From: Camelus dromedarius
Lineage: Eukaryota
NCBI RefSeq assembly: GCF_036321535.1
Contig: NC_087447.1
Coordinates: 47,246,001 to 47,310,000 of the forward strand
Direction of reading: 5' to 3'
Length of the DNA stretch: 64,000 nucleotides
Part shown: positions 24,701 through 36,247 of the stretch, in pieces
Layout: the number at the start of each line of letters is the position of its first letter
Numbering within the stretch: position 1 is the stretch's first letter
Position numbers and translations under genes: made by a program
Notes under the pieces: model-generated
What the model was told of the DNA's origin: nothing
The model's database searches: none
Seen by the model: only the letters and a program-made list of their open reading frames with translations

Positions 24701-27480
24701 AATAGACTGAAGAAAAAAATAACATAGCCTCGGAGACCTATAGGGTGAAAGATGTACCATTCATGTCGTGGAGTCCCAGGAAAGGAGAAAGAGGGTGGGG
24801 CTAAAAAGTGCTTGAAGTCGCAACGGCTGAAAATTTCCCAAGTTTGACAAGGGACACAAACCTGCAGAGTCAAAAAGCTGAGGAAACCCCAAATAGGGTA
24901 AGCCCAAAGACATCCACACCAAGACATACTCAAGTCAAACTTCTGAAAATTAAAGACAAAGTCTTAAAAGTAGCAATGACTTTCTTTTTGACAATAAAGA
25001 AATGACATCTTACAGGGGAGAACAATTTGAATGACAGAGATCTCTCATCAGAAGCCACAAAGGCTAGAAAAAAGTGGGACAACATTTTTTAAGTGCTGAA
25101 AGAAAAAACTGTCAACCCAGAATCCTTTATGAAGTGAAGATATTCTTTAGAAATGCAGGAGAAATCAAGACATTCCTAGATGAAGGAAAATGAAGAGAAT
25201 TTGTCTCCCGCAGACCTACCTAAAAGAATGACTAAAGGAAGTTCTCTAAACAGAAAGGAAACTATACAAGAAGGAATCCTGTTACATCAAGAAGGAAGAA
25301 ACATGGTAAGCAAAAACACAGGCAAATAAATAAAAAATTTCCTTCCCCTCTTGAGTTTTCTAAATTATGTTTGATAGTTATAGCAAAAAATTTTAACCCT
25401 GTCTGATATGGTCCTAAAATGCATAGAGAAGAAATATATATAAGATAATTACATTATAAATGGAAGCGTATAAAGAGATATAAAGGGAGGTAATATTTCT
25501 ATATGTCACTCAAACTAGAAAAATGATGATACCAGCAGACTGGGATGTTATATATGTCTATATGTATGTATTATGTAGAGCAGTCATTAAAAAGGCTATA
25601 CAAATATATACATTAAAAATTGCTGTAGATACATAAAAATGGAGCTTGAAAAAAGTAACCCACAGGAAAGACTGAAAAAGAAAAAATAAAAAAGCCAGAG
25701 AAAAAAACAAAAATAGGAAATAAAATGGCAGAGTTAATCCCTAACATTAAAAAGAAATGATTTAAAAATACCAGTTGAAAGAAACTGGCAGAGTAAATTT
25801 TTTAAAAAGCTTTGACTATATGCTGTCTATAAGAAACTCACTTTAAATATAGCATTATAGACAAGTTGAAAGTAAAAGGATAGAAAAAGATATATCATGA
25901 AAGCATTAACCAAAAAAAAAAAAAAAAGCAGAAATAACTATATTAATATCAGATAAAGTAGACTCAGAGCAAAAGAAATTGCCAGAGACAGAGAGGGACA
26001 TCCTATAACATAGCTGACCAGTACTCTCCAAAACTTTCAAGACAAGCAAAACCAAGGACAGTCTGGCAAAGTATCACAGCCAACGGGATTCTAAGGAGAC
26101 ACAACAAGTAAGTGTATTGTGGGACCCTGGAGGAAAAAAAAGTCATTAGGTAGAAATTAAGAGAACTCTGAATAAATTATAGACTTTAGTTAACAACAAT
26201 GTATCAATATTCATTCATTCATTATAACAAATGTACCATACTAATGTATGGTTTTCATAATAGGAAACATTTTGTACAGAGGGTATATGAGGACTCTGTA
26301 CCATCTGCTCAGTTTTTCTGTAAATGGAAAACTGTTCTAAGAAATAAAGTCTATTAATTTTTTAAAAAGTAGTATGTGATCTCCTGGATATTAAGAAAAA
26401 TGATGGCAAACATAAAAGCAATCAATGGAAAATGTCAAAATATCATTAGCTCATCAAACTCAACGTTTATGTACCTTAAGACAAAGCAATTATATTCCTA
26501 GGTATTTATCAGAATTCAGGTATAAGAATGTTTATAGCAGCAAAATTCTGGAAGTAAACAGGTACCCAAATGAGGAGAATTTGGATGAATAGTCATGATA
26601 TACCAATCAAAGACATTTCAAGAGGGGAGAATTATAAGCCTGTTCCATTCATGAATATGGATGCAAATTTTTTTAATATTAGCAAATCTAATCTAAGAGT
26701 GTGTAAAAAGCAATCACATCTTTACCCAGTTGAATTTAACCCAGGTATGCCAAGCTAGTTTAATACCAGAAAATCCACAAATGTAAATCATCATATTAAC
26801 TGATTAAAACAGAAAAAAAGTCAATTGAGTCAGAAAAATCTTTTGACAAAAATCCATCTCTCAATCATGGTAAGTATTTATAGCAAATTAAGAAAAGAAA
26901 AGAAAATCTCCATCCAATAAAGAGTATCTATTTTTAAAAAACACCTAGAAAAAACCTCGTTCTAAATGGGGAAACTCTGGAAACATTCCTCTGAGATCAA
27001 GAAAAGTTCCCAATAATATGCACTATCATCACTTTTATTTAATGTGGTATTGGAGACTCTAGCCAATACAACAAAGAAAAAAAAAGGACACTAAGGTATA
27101 AGGATTGGAAAGGAAGACAGAAAAATACCATTGTTTGAAAATAACAAACCCAAATGGCTGTACAAATTATAAGAAATTTTTATAGCTCATTATAGATGTA
27201 AGATTACTAAAGTCACTTGAATGTCTATATACCAGCAGCAAACAACTATAAAATATAACTTAAATTTAAAAATACAATTTTATCAAACAATATCAAGTCC
27301 CAAGGAAAAAAACAATTTCCCTTCCTATTCCAAAGGTCTTCAAGACCCCTTCAGAGGACACTGAAAAGAAGTCAATTCTCCCCAAATGGATCTGCAAATT
27401 CAATGTGATTCCAATTAATATCTCAACAGAGTTTTCATGAAATTTGATACGATGCTTCTAAAATTCATATTGAAGAGGGC
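21780..27480 (+). mobile_element. Mosaic of old L1M pieces (5'UTR from about 23090, ORF1 about 24400-25260, ORF2 start about 25725, 3' ends, ORF2 fragments)
   Basis: 5' end ggacttccacttccaggaagatggag. ORF1-like AENFPSLTRDTNLQSQKAEETPNRVSPKTSTPRH. Endonuclease-like tatatgctgtctataagaaactcac. Confidence 0.8.
23946..24351 (-). mobile_element. MaLR solo LTR (MLT1A-like) inserted in L1
   Basis: aaataccatagactgggtggcttaaacaacagaaac...ttcagtccataaca. TSD catac/tatac. Confidence 0.9.
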
Positions 27481-28329
27481 ATTTCTGTAGCTGGAAGAAG
27501 GGAAAAGTAGTGCCTGGGGGAGAGATAGAAGGAGGAGAGCCAAAGATCCAGAGTATCCATTCCAAGTCACCCCAGGAACTTCCCCTGTCAGCTGACCAAA
27601 CTAGCAGACTTCTGGGTGGAAACCACAATAGTATTTCCCTTTATAGTGTGGAACCATTAAATAATAATTCCACTTTATTCTAAGAGTGAAGTTGGGGAAA
27701 GAAAGGAAGAGGTCAGAAAAAAATGTCATTCCACCCACAATTCAGAGCATGCAGACAAACCTCAAGCAAACCCTAACAACCTGCTTGTGGTTTCTGTCTG
27801 CTGTTTGGAGTTAAGATTTTCTGGCTGTCTATCTGTCAAAAAATTGGCATAAGTGTGGGAGAGAGATAAAGGCTAAGTCTTCAGTATTTATAACAGAACC
27901 AGCTTAGAATGTTATAAAAAAGAAAAGAATTTAAATTTCACTCTTAAGGCCAAGTATCTCAACCCAGAAAACTATTTTTATTTCTTCATAGTCTTTATAT
28001 AAGCATATCGTTTTTGGCATAGTCATTATTTTAAAGACTACATAATATTCATCCACTAACTATTCCTCCAGCTTTAGACATCATGCTGTTTCTGATTTTC
28101 TTCACTCTTATAAATAGTGGTCTGTAAACATTTTGTGCAGTTACATTCTCTATCATTTCAGAACCAAGGTCAGAGAGATTAAGAAGTATGCAAAGATTCC
28201 AGTAATTGTCTTTCCTTTCTTCCAAATATGCATCAAGAGGCTCCATCTATTTCTCAGCCTCTCTAGATACAATCTTTCTACTGTTTACATGATATTATCT
28301 ACATAATAAGTACAACTCCAGTGTCTGGA

Positions 28330-29080
28330 ACGAATCGTGACCAAGGATAAAATATAAAGATAAAATAATAACAAAATGTTATTTTTTTAAAAAAAAAAAG
28401 AACAATCAGAAGTCAACAGTGAGATAGCTCTTGGATATTGAAAATATTTGCCAAATTTTTAATGAGTTCAGTGGAAGAGCAGGAGATAGATTCATGTGAA
28501 TCTCTCAAGAGGTAGCACAAAAACAAGGAATCATAAAATATGAGAGAAGGATAACAGAAATAGATTAATCTAAAAGGCACACCCTCTAATAAGAAAGAAC
28601 TTCTTAAAAGAAAACCAAAGGCAAGAAATCATTGAAGAATAAAGAAGAGAAACTTTCCTGGATGTTAAGGACCAAGTTTGCAGATTAAAAAGGTCCACCA
28701 AATTCCCAGAATGAAGAATTAAAAGACCCATCTCTAGATAGATCATTGTGAAATTTCAGAAACCTAAGGATAAAGAGAAGATTCTTAAATCTTCTAGAGA
28801 GGAGGGTGAGTAGGTGAAACAGATGCCCACCAAAGGATGTAAATCAGACTGCCTTCAGGTTTAGACTATGCCTTGACTGTGCTAGAAATTAAAGAAAACT
28901 ACATAGTAGTTCCTTCAAAGTTCTGAGGGGAAACTACTTTTAAACCACAATTTTACATCCAGCCAAACAAAATCAGGTATGGGACAGAATAGATACATTT
29001 TCAGACATAAAAGGAATTGTATCTCTCATACCTCCCCTATTAGAAAATTACTTGAGAATATGCTTAAATGAAACAAATGA
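28330..29080 (+). mobile_element. Ancient L1ME/HAL1-like ORF1 fragment
   Basis: Degenerate ORF1 motifs (catctctagatagatcattgtgaaatttcagaaacctaaggataaagagaagattc). Confidence 0.6.
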
Positions 29081-29082
29081 AT

Positions 29083-29560
29083 TGTCTAGCCTAGGCTCCC
29101 TGAAAGCAGACTTTGAAGCAAAGGTTTATAAACAAGTTTATATGGGAGTACAATCCCAGGGGGTAGAAGTGATAGAGAGAGTGCAAGAGGGAAAATGGGA
29201 AAGCCAAAGCAGGAATGCAATACTGAGGTGGCCACTGCAAGTGACTAGCTGCTCTAGCTTAGAACCTTGATGAAATGCAGCCAAATCCTAGCCATGTAAA
29301 GAAAGAAAGGGGAAAGCATTTATCTATTCAGTCCTATCTTCCATTGGTAAAAAGTTCTTCTATGAGGCATTCCCTCCCCTTGTCCTTCCTGTTAGCACGT
29401 GTATGAGCATGCAGGTTCCCACAGCATGATCTCAGTCAAGCATCAGAAAGAAATTCAGAGCATAGGCTGGAGGTGAGATGCTGTCAGCTTTCACTGGCAC
29501 AAAATCAGTCAAATCTGCAGCAGAAGCTACAGGAAGGGATGAGGATGAGAATATTGGAAA
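29083..29560 (-). mobile_element. ERVL-class LTR fragment
   Basis: Begins tgtctagcctaggctccctgaaagcagactttga..., the reverse of an LTR16/33-type 3' end. Confidence 0.5.
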
Positions 29561-30488
29561 GAGTTCATAAGATTTCATTGACCACTTCTTGTACAGCACT
29601 TCAGCTTCTCTCATATCCTCTGCTAAGACCAATCCATCTTTGCAAAGACAAAATGCAGGAGGATGAGTGCAAGAGTTGCAATTCCTACTGCTGCAGCTGG
29701 TCCCAGAGCCATAACTGATAATCATTCCCTCCTTTTAACAGCCAACAATACAGTGTTATAACAATTGCCTTATATAATCTTATGTCTTCTAGCGATGTTA
29801 AAAACAGAAAATATAGTTGTATAGTCTTTTATATTAAGGTACACATCTACCATTTCAGGTACAGGCACACTTTGTTTTATTGTTTATTGCACTTCACAAA
29901 TTATGTGGTTTTTGTTTTGTTTTGTTTTGTTTTAACAAATTGAAGGTCTGTGGCAACCCTTGTGGGACAAGTCTATTGGCACCATTTCCCCCAACAGCAT
30001 TTGCTCATTTTGTGTCTCTGTGTCGCATTTTGGTAATTCTCACAATATTTCAAACTTTTTCATCATTATTATATTGTGACTTTGATCTGTAATCAGTGAT
30101 CTTTGATGTTACTATTATAATTGTTTTGGGGTACCACGAACTGTGCCCATATAAGATGGCAAATTTAACTGACAAATGTTGTATGTGTTCTGACTGCTCC
30201 ACTCACTGGCTATTCCCTATATCTCTCCCTCTCTTTGGGCCTCCCTCTTCATTGAGACACAATATTGAGATTAGGCCAGTTAATAACCCTACAATGGCCT
30301 CTAAGTGTCCAAGCAAAAGGAAGAGTTGCATGTCTCTCAACTTAAATCAAAAGTTAGAAATGAGTAAGCTTAGTGAGGAAAGCATGTCAAAAGCCAAGAC
30401 AGACTGAAAGCTAGGCCTTTTGAGCCAAACATCCACATTGTAAATGCAAAGGAAAAGCTCTTGAAGGAAATTCAAAGTGCTGCTCCAG

Positions 30489-30864
30489 AGGGGAAGGGCA
30501 AAGATGGCAGAGTAGAGAGACTCACAGCTCGCCCTCTCCCACAAATACACCAAGAATTACATCTACAAACCCACTGAATCACACAGAACACCTAACTGAA
30601 TTCTGGCAGAGTGTCTCACTTTGAAATGCAGGAGGGTTTTCACAAAAGCCAATAAACAACAAGTTCATACTGTATAGCACAGGGAACTATATTCAATATC
30701 TTGTAGTAACTTATGGTGAAAAAGGATATGCAAATGAATATATGTATGTTTATATATGACTGAAGCATTATGCTGTACACCAGAAATTGACACAACATTG
30801 TAAACTGACTATACTTCAACAAATGTATGTATCTACAAAAAAAAAAAAAAAAAAAGAGAGAGAA
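30489..30864 (+). mobile_element. Short bipartite L1-derived retroposon (L1 5' end joined to L1 3' end), copy 1
   Basis: Starts aagatggcagagtag (L1 5' end), joins at about 30652 to ataaacaacaagttcatac (3'UTR), ends in polyA. TSD aaagtgct(g/a)ctccag at 30474-88 and 30865-79. Confidence 0.9.
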
Positions 30865-31430
30865 AAAGTGCTACTCCAGTCAACATGTGAATGATAAAGT
30901 AAATCAACCTTACTGCCGATATGGAGAAAGTTTAGTGGCCTGGATAAAAGATTAAACCAGCCACATTTCCTTAAGCAAAGACCTAATTCAGAGCAAGGCC
31001 TTAACTGTATTCAATTCTGTGAAGCCTGAGAGAGGTGAGGAAGCTGCAGAAGAAAAGTTTGAAGCTAATGTAAGTTGGTTCATGAGGTTTAAGGAAAGAA
31101 GCTATCTCCATGACATAAAAGTACAAGGTGAAGCTGTAAGTGCTGATGGAGAAGCTGCAGCAAGCTACCCAGAAGATCTAGCTAAGATGATGAATGAAGG
31201 TGGCTACACTAAAAAGATTTTCAGTGTAGCAGCCAATATTGGAAGATGTCATCTAGGACTTTCATAGCTATAGAGGGGAAGTCAATACCTGGGTCAGAGC
31301 TTCAAAGGGACAGGCTGACTCTCTCGTTAGGGGTTAATGCTGCTGGTGACTTTAAGTTGAAGCCAGTGCTCATTTGCCACTGTGAAAATCCTAGGCCCTT
31401 TAAGAATTATGCTAAATCTATTCTGCCTTG

Positions 31431-32030
31431 TGTAACCAAGTGGTACCCTATGGGGCCTACCCAGGATAGACACCACCCCCTATCTCCATGTCCTCCACCT
31501 GCTTCTTGTCTATAGAAAAACTTTAGCCTTTGGAACTTAACCCTGAATTCCAAAGAATAAATTTAATCAGAAAAATGAGAAAAATGCAGAAAAACAGTCA
31601 AACAAGATAAAATAATAGTTTAGTCATTAAACAAAAGCAAAGACCTTTAGTTCCTCCTCAAGGGCTATAGATAATATTCTGAGCCAAGTCCTTTGAGCTG
31701 TTTTTCAGATACTGAAACCCCCACCAGGTGGAAAAAGTTAACTATATGCTGCCCACAAGCACAGACCCAAGATTGTTGGAACCAGAAGGTTGATGATGTT
31801 GATTCCTGATTACCTCACCACTAACCAATCAGAAAAATGCCCATGAGCTGATCATGTCTTTAAAAACATTTCTCTGACAGCAATCAGTTTGGGTCTTTTA
31901 AACACTAGCTGCCTGGACTCCTTGCTTGGAGCCCTGCAATAAATGCTGCACTTTCTTTCACCACAACCTGGTATCACTAGATTGGCTTTACTGCACACAG
32001 GCAAATGGACTCAAGTTTGGCTCAGTAATA
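31431..32030 (+). mobile_element. ERV1-class solo LTR inserted in Tigger1 (same family as 55623-56537)
   Basis: Starts tgtaacc, AATAAA near 31939, TSD cttg/ctta. High similarity to 55623-56537. Confidence 0.9.
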
Positions 32031-32544
32031 CTTACTCTATAAATGGAACAACAAAACCTGGATGACAGCACATCTGTTTACAACATTCCCTTCTGTTTAC
32101 TATTTAACAAATGAGTTTTCTTTTAAGACATATAAAAGAGAGATGATAATTCCTGTGAAACATCATTTTTAATCTTAAAAATCTTTAATCCTAATTGCAT
32201 GTCTTCATTAGTGCTATTTAAATTAGAATCTCATAAGGCACGTGCACTAACCAGTCAGAACAGACTGCTGCCACTGTGAACAGCTTGCAGTGCCATAGTA
32301 GTACACAAAACGGAGGACTAGCCTTGCAGTTCCTTATTAGATTTATTGCCCTCATACTGAATTGGATATCACTGTACCTCCAGAAATGTAAATGTTTGTG
32401 GGAGTCTGTATTAAGTCACAGAAGGAAGATGGACTTTCCCTTCTCATCCATTGATAAAATAATAACACACAATAATGACTGACAGATTTCTGATTCAAAC
32501 TAGGAATCTGAATGTCTCTGTCTCACATAAATCAAAACACTTTT

Positions 32545-33905
32545 TCAAGACTTTAATTTTTTAGAGGCGTTTTAAATTCACAGTAAACTTTAAAGTTTCA
32601 GAGATTTCCAGATACCCTTTGCCCCCACACATGCATAGCCTCCTCCATTATCAGCACCCCTCCACGAGAGTCATACATTTGTTTCAACTGGTAAACCTAC
32701 ACAGTGACAAATCATTATCACCTCAAGTCGATAGTTTACATTAGAGTTCACTCTTGTACAACCTATGGGTTTGGACAAATGTTATAACGACATGTATCCA
32801 TCATTATAGTACCATACAGATACTATATTTTCACTAAAATTATTTTCACTGCCCTAAAAATCCTCTGTGTTCTACCTATTCATCTCTCCTCCCACCCTAC
32901 CCCCAATCCCTAGCAATCACTGATCTTTTTAATGTCTCCATAATTTTGCTTTTTCCAGAATGTCACATAGTTGGAATCATATGATGTGAAGGCTTTTCAC
33001 GCTGACTTCTTTTACTTGGTAATATGTATTTAAGGTTTCTCAATGCCCTTTCATGATTTGGTAGCTCACTTCTTTTTAGTGTTGAATAATATTCCATTGT
33101 CTGGATGTACCAGAGCTTATTTATTCATTCACCTACTGAAGGACCCTGGTTGCTTCCAAGTTTTGACAATTATGAATAAAGCTGCTATAAATACCTGTGT
33201 GCAGGTTTTTGTGGGGATATAAGCTTTCTGCTCCTTTAGGTAAACACCAAGAAGTATGACTGCTATTTCTCGGTCTTTTTCTCCCCACTTACGTGAAATA
33301 GGATGACTGGAGAGTGGGCTGGGGTTGATTGAGTATTACCCTTTCCCCAGGTTAGTTAGGCTCTGATAATACCCTACTAGGTTAGGTTCTGATTAACTAG
33401 TTTTTTATGAGAGCAGGCCTTGTTAAGAAACAGAGTGCTCTGATGTATTTCAAAATGGCTCCTTTCCCTCTCTCCAAGCCAGAAGCAGGGGTGAGGAATG
33501 GTGGGTGTTTATCCAGTATTTACTATAAGAACCTAGTTGAGCTCCTGGAGGTAAACCTCACGATATTGTGGTGGCCCCCCAATGGTTGGTCCTCCTTGAA
33601 CTTTTGACTCTCAGACTTCTCCACAATAAGCCTTCAGCAATTCAACAATTACAGTTCAGGTTTTCCTACCCGGGCACTTATTCCCAAGGTGGTTTTTGCT
33701 TCTGAGTCTGCTCTGGTAAGCCAAAGCCTCCCTTATTCGCTGTCTCTACCATCTTGGGGGCAGTGGTTTGGCCCTGTGTCCTCCCATCTCTTACAGATTC
33801 AGGAACAGTTGTTTATTTTTTTCCCAGTCTGTTTAGCCTTTTACTTGTTGGGATGGAGTGGCAACTTCTAAGCTCCTTACTTGTGGAACCAGAAACAGGA
33901 AGTGA
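32545..33905 (-). mobile_element. L1MC-like element: 3' end (32545-33265) abutting a 5'UTR segment (33265-33905)
   Basis: Typical L1MC 3'UTR on the minus strand. 5' terminus acttcctgtttctggttccacaag... on the minus strand. Confidence 0.7.
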
Positions 33906-33984
33906 ATCAAAACATTTTTAAGAATTGGTTTTTCACTGTACCTTTCTCCACTGAGGATAGGCAGAGGTAAAAAGACAAAATTGG

Positions 33985-34166
33985 AAGAAGGAATTTCGCC
34001 TTTGGACTTGAACTGCAACTCTTCACTGCGTCTCCAGCCTGCAGGTCTGTATTTTGGATTGGCCAACACTCCACAATCAAGTGAGCCAATTCCTTAAAAT
34101 TAATTTCAGTCTACATATATACACATCCTGGTGGTTCTCTTTCTCTGGAGAACCCTGACTAATCCA
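33985..34166 (+). mobile_element. MLT2 (ERVL) LTR 3' fragment
   Basis: gcctttggacttgaactgcaactc...gtgagccaattccttaaa...ctctggagaaccctgactaat. Confidence 0.8.
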
Positions 34167-34377
34167 TACTGATACTTTATAAAAATGCAATAAGAACAAA
34201 TTTCTAGGAAAATGACCATATGCTTAAATATTGAGGAAATATCAAACTGTTATAAAAGTTTCTAAAGGCTTGCTTTCAATTTCCCTATTTAGCTTATCTG
34301 GTAATTCCATGTTTAGCTTGTCTGACTGGTAAATGCACAGGATTGAGTTTCTGTGGAACACACAAAGACACACACAA

Positions 34378-34859
34378 TGGAAGAAATTTTCACATACTGA
34401 GTATGGGAACGTCATTATGACCTATACATAACTTAACTTAAACTTTATGCTAACTAGAACAGCCTGTTTTGTGGCCTGTAAACATACATTGTACATCCGC
34501 TTTAAACATTAAAAGAGTACAATGACCCAAAGTAAAAAATGTCTTAAAGATTAAATGCCTCCCTTCCTAGGACACCAGTGCTAGTATTCCCTCAATGATA
34601 AGGCTCCCTTCCCAGGTGCCAAGGTCATACCTACTCACTGTGTGTGCATCTGTTTTGAAACCCTGAAAGAATGTACCCCTATCATGTTTGATGGTCTTTG
34701 TTCTAACAAGATATAAAACTGCTGAAAACCATGCTTCTCCAGAACAGTTCCTTGGAGCTATCTGAGAGGCTGTCTGCCAGGCTACATTCCTCAGTTTGGC
34801 TAAAATAAAACTCTCTTCTGTTCTTATTATAGGTTGGTTATTGATTATTTTTGTTGACA
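34378..34859 (+). mobile_element. ERV solo LTR (same family as 63572-64000)
   Basis: TATAAAA near 34712, AATAAA near 34804, ends ttgttgaca. Flanked by cacaa on both sides. Confidence 0.85.
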
Positions 34860-36247
34860 CACAAAAAGACAAAATTAGATCTACTTCTAACACTGTTCCT
34901 CAAAGGAAGTTCCAAATAGCTCAGGGATTAGCTTACCAACCTTAGTGCTAAGTGAAACCATACAAGTATAGAAGAAAACAAGTGTGAATTCCTCCATGAC
35001 CCAGGGATGGAGAAAACTCTTCTAAATTTCAACTTTTCTATGATTCAAAGTCTAGAAGTAAGAAGGGGAAAAGTCAGAAACATTTTACATTAGCAACAAG
35101 GAAAAAAAAACCCAAAATCATGACACTAAAGTATAAAAACAGATGACAAAAAACAAAAAAACAAAAAAAACAAAAACAAACCCAGATGACAAACTGAAAT
35201 ATTTGCAACTTATGTCACAGGGTTAGTTTTCCTAATACATAGAAGGCATTTAAAAATTGAGAAGAAAAAAAACAACAATCCTATAGAAAAATGGGCAATA
35301 GATGCAAAGCCAATTCACAGGAAAAGAATTACAAGTAGCCCTCAAACACATTAAAAGTTATTTAGCCTTGCTAATGAGAGAAAAATAAATTTGAAATTAT
35401 TTCTCCAAAACATTGGTGAAAATCCATCTCAGACATTGTAGTTTCACTTCTGGAAGTTGAACTTGGGCCTCTTTAATATCTTTCATCTCACTATTTAATG
35501 TGATCAATCTTTCCTCTAGTGTTTTGAACTTATGAAATATAGTTAGAACTATTTTCATGTCCTTGTCTGCTAATTCTAATATTTATTGCTATTCTGTGTC
35601 AGCTCAGCTGATTGATTTTTCTCATTATGGGACATATTTTCTTGCTTTTTTTCCCATGCCTATCTTTAATTAGATTCCAGACATTGTGATTTTTACCTTA
35701 TTGGATACTTAGAGATACTTTTGTTTTCCTGCAAGTATTCTTGAGCTTTGTTTTGGGACACAGTTAAATTACTTGAAAACAGCTTGGTCCTTTCAGGTCT
35801 TATTTTCAGCATTTGTTAGGTGAAACCAAAGTGGCATTTGGGGAGTTTGCCAAGATGGCGGAGTAGAAGGATGAGTGGCTCACCCTCTCCCACGAGTACA
35901 GCAAAAACTACATCTACATATGGAACAATTCTCACAGAATTTCTACTGAACTTTGGCAGAATATCTCTTACAATCAGAAATACAAGGAAATCCTCACAAA
36001 ACGATAAACAACAAGTTCATACTGTATAGCACAGGAACTATATTTGGTATCTTGTAATAACCTATAATGAAAAAGAATATGAAAAGCAACATATGTACCT
36101 ATATGTATGACAAACATGCTGTACACTAGAAATTGACACATTGTAAACTGACTATACTTCAATTTCAAAAAATGGAAGAAAAAGTGGCATTTGGCCCAGT
36201 ACTAATTATTTCCCTTTACTGCGTCAAGACCTTTCTGAGTCTTCTAC
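34860..36247. mobile_element. Old L1M fragments (plus strand to about 35420, minus strand after)
   Basis: ORF2-like aatatttgcaacttatgtcacag...aaaaatgggcaatag. The minus-strand L1M segment is host to two later insertions. Confidence 0.65.
35842..36180 (+). mobile_element. Short bipartite L1-derived retroposon, copy 2
   Basis: caagatggcggagtag 5' end, junction cacaaaacg|ataaacaacaagttcatac at about 36004, A-rich tail. TSD aaagtggcatttgg at 35828-41 and 36181-94. Confidence 0.9.

Larger units (their letters stand above)
29862..32085 (+). mobile_element. Tigger1 DNA transposon 5' portion, interrupted twice
   Basis: TA|caggcacac TIR start. Transposase [61 protein letters not shown]. Confidence 0.95.

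Noticed and set aside
30096..31515. Transposase-like ORFs as a domesticated TIGD gene
   Set aside because: The Tigger1 copy is broken by frameshifts and two insertions, and is truncated at about 32085.
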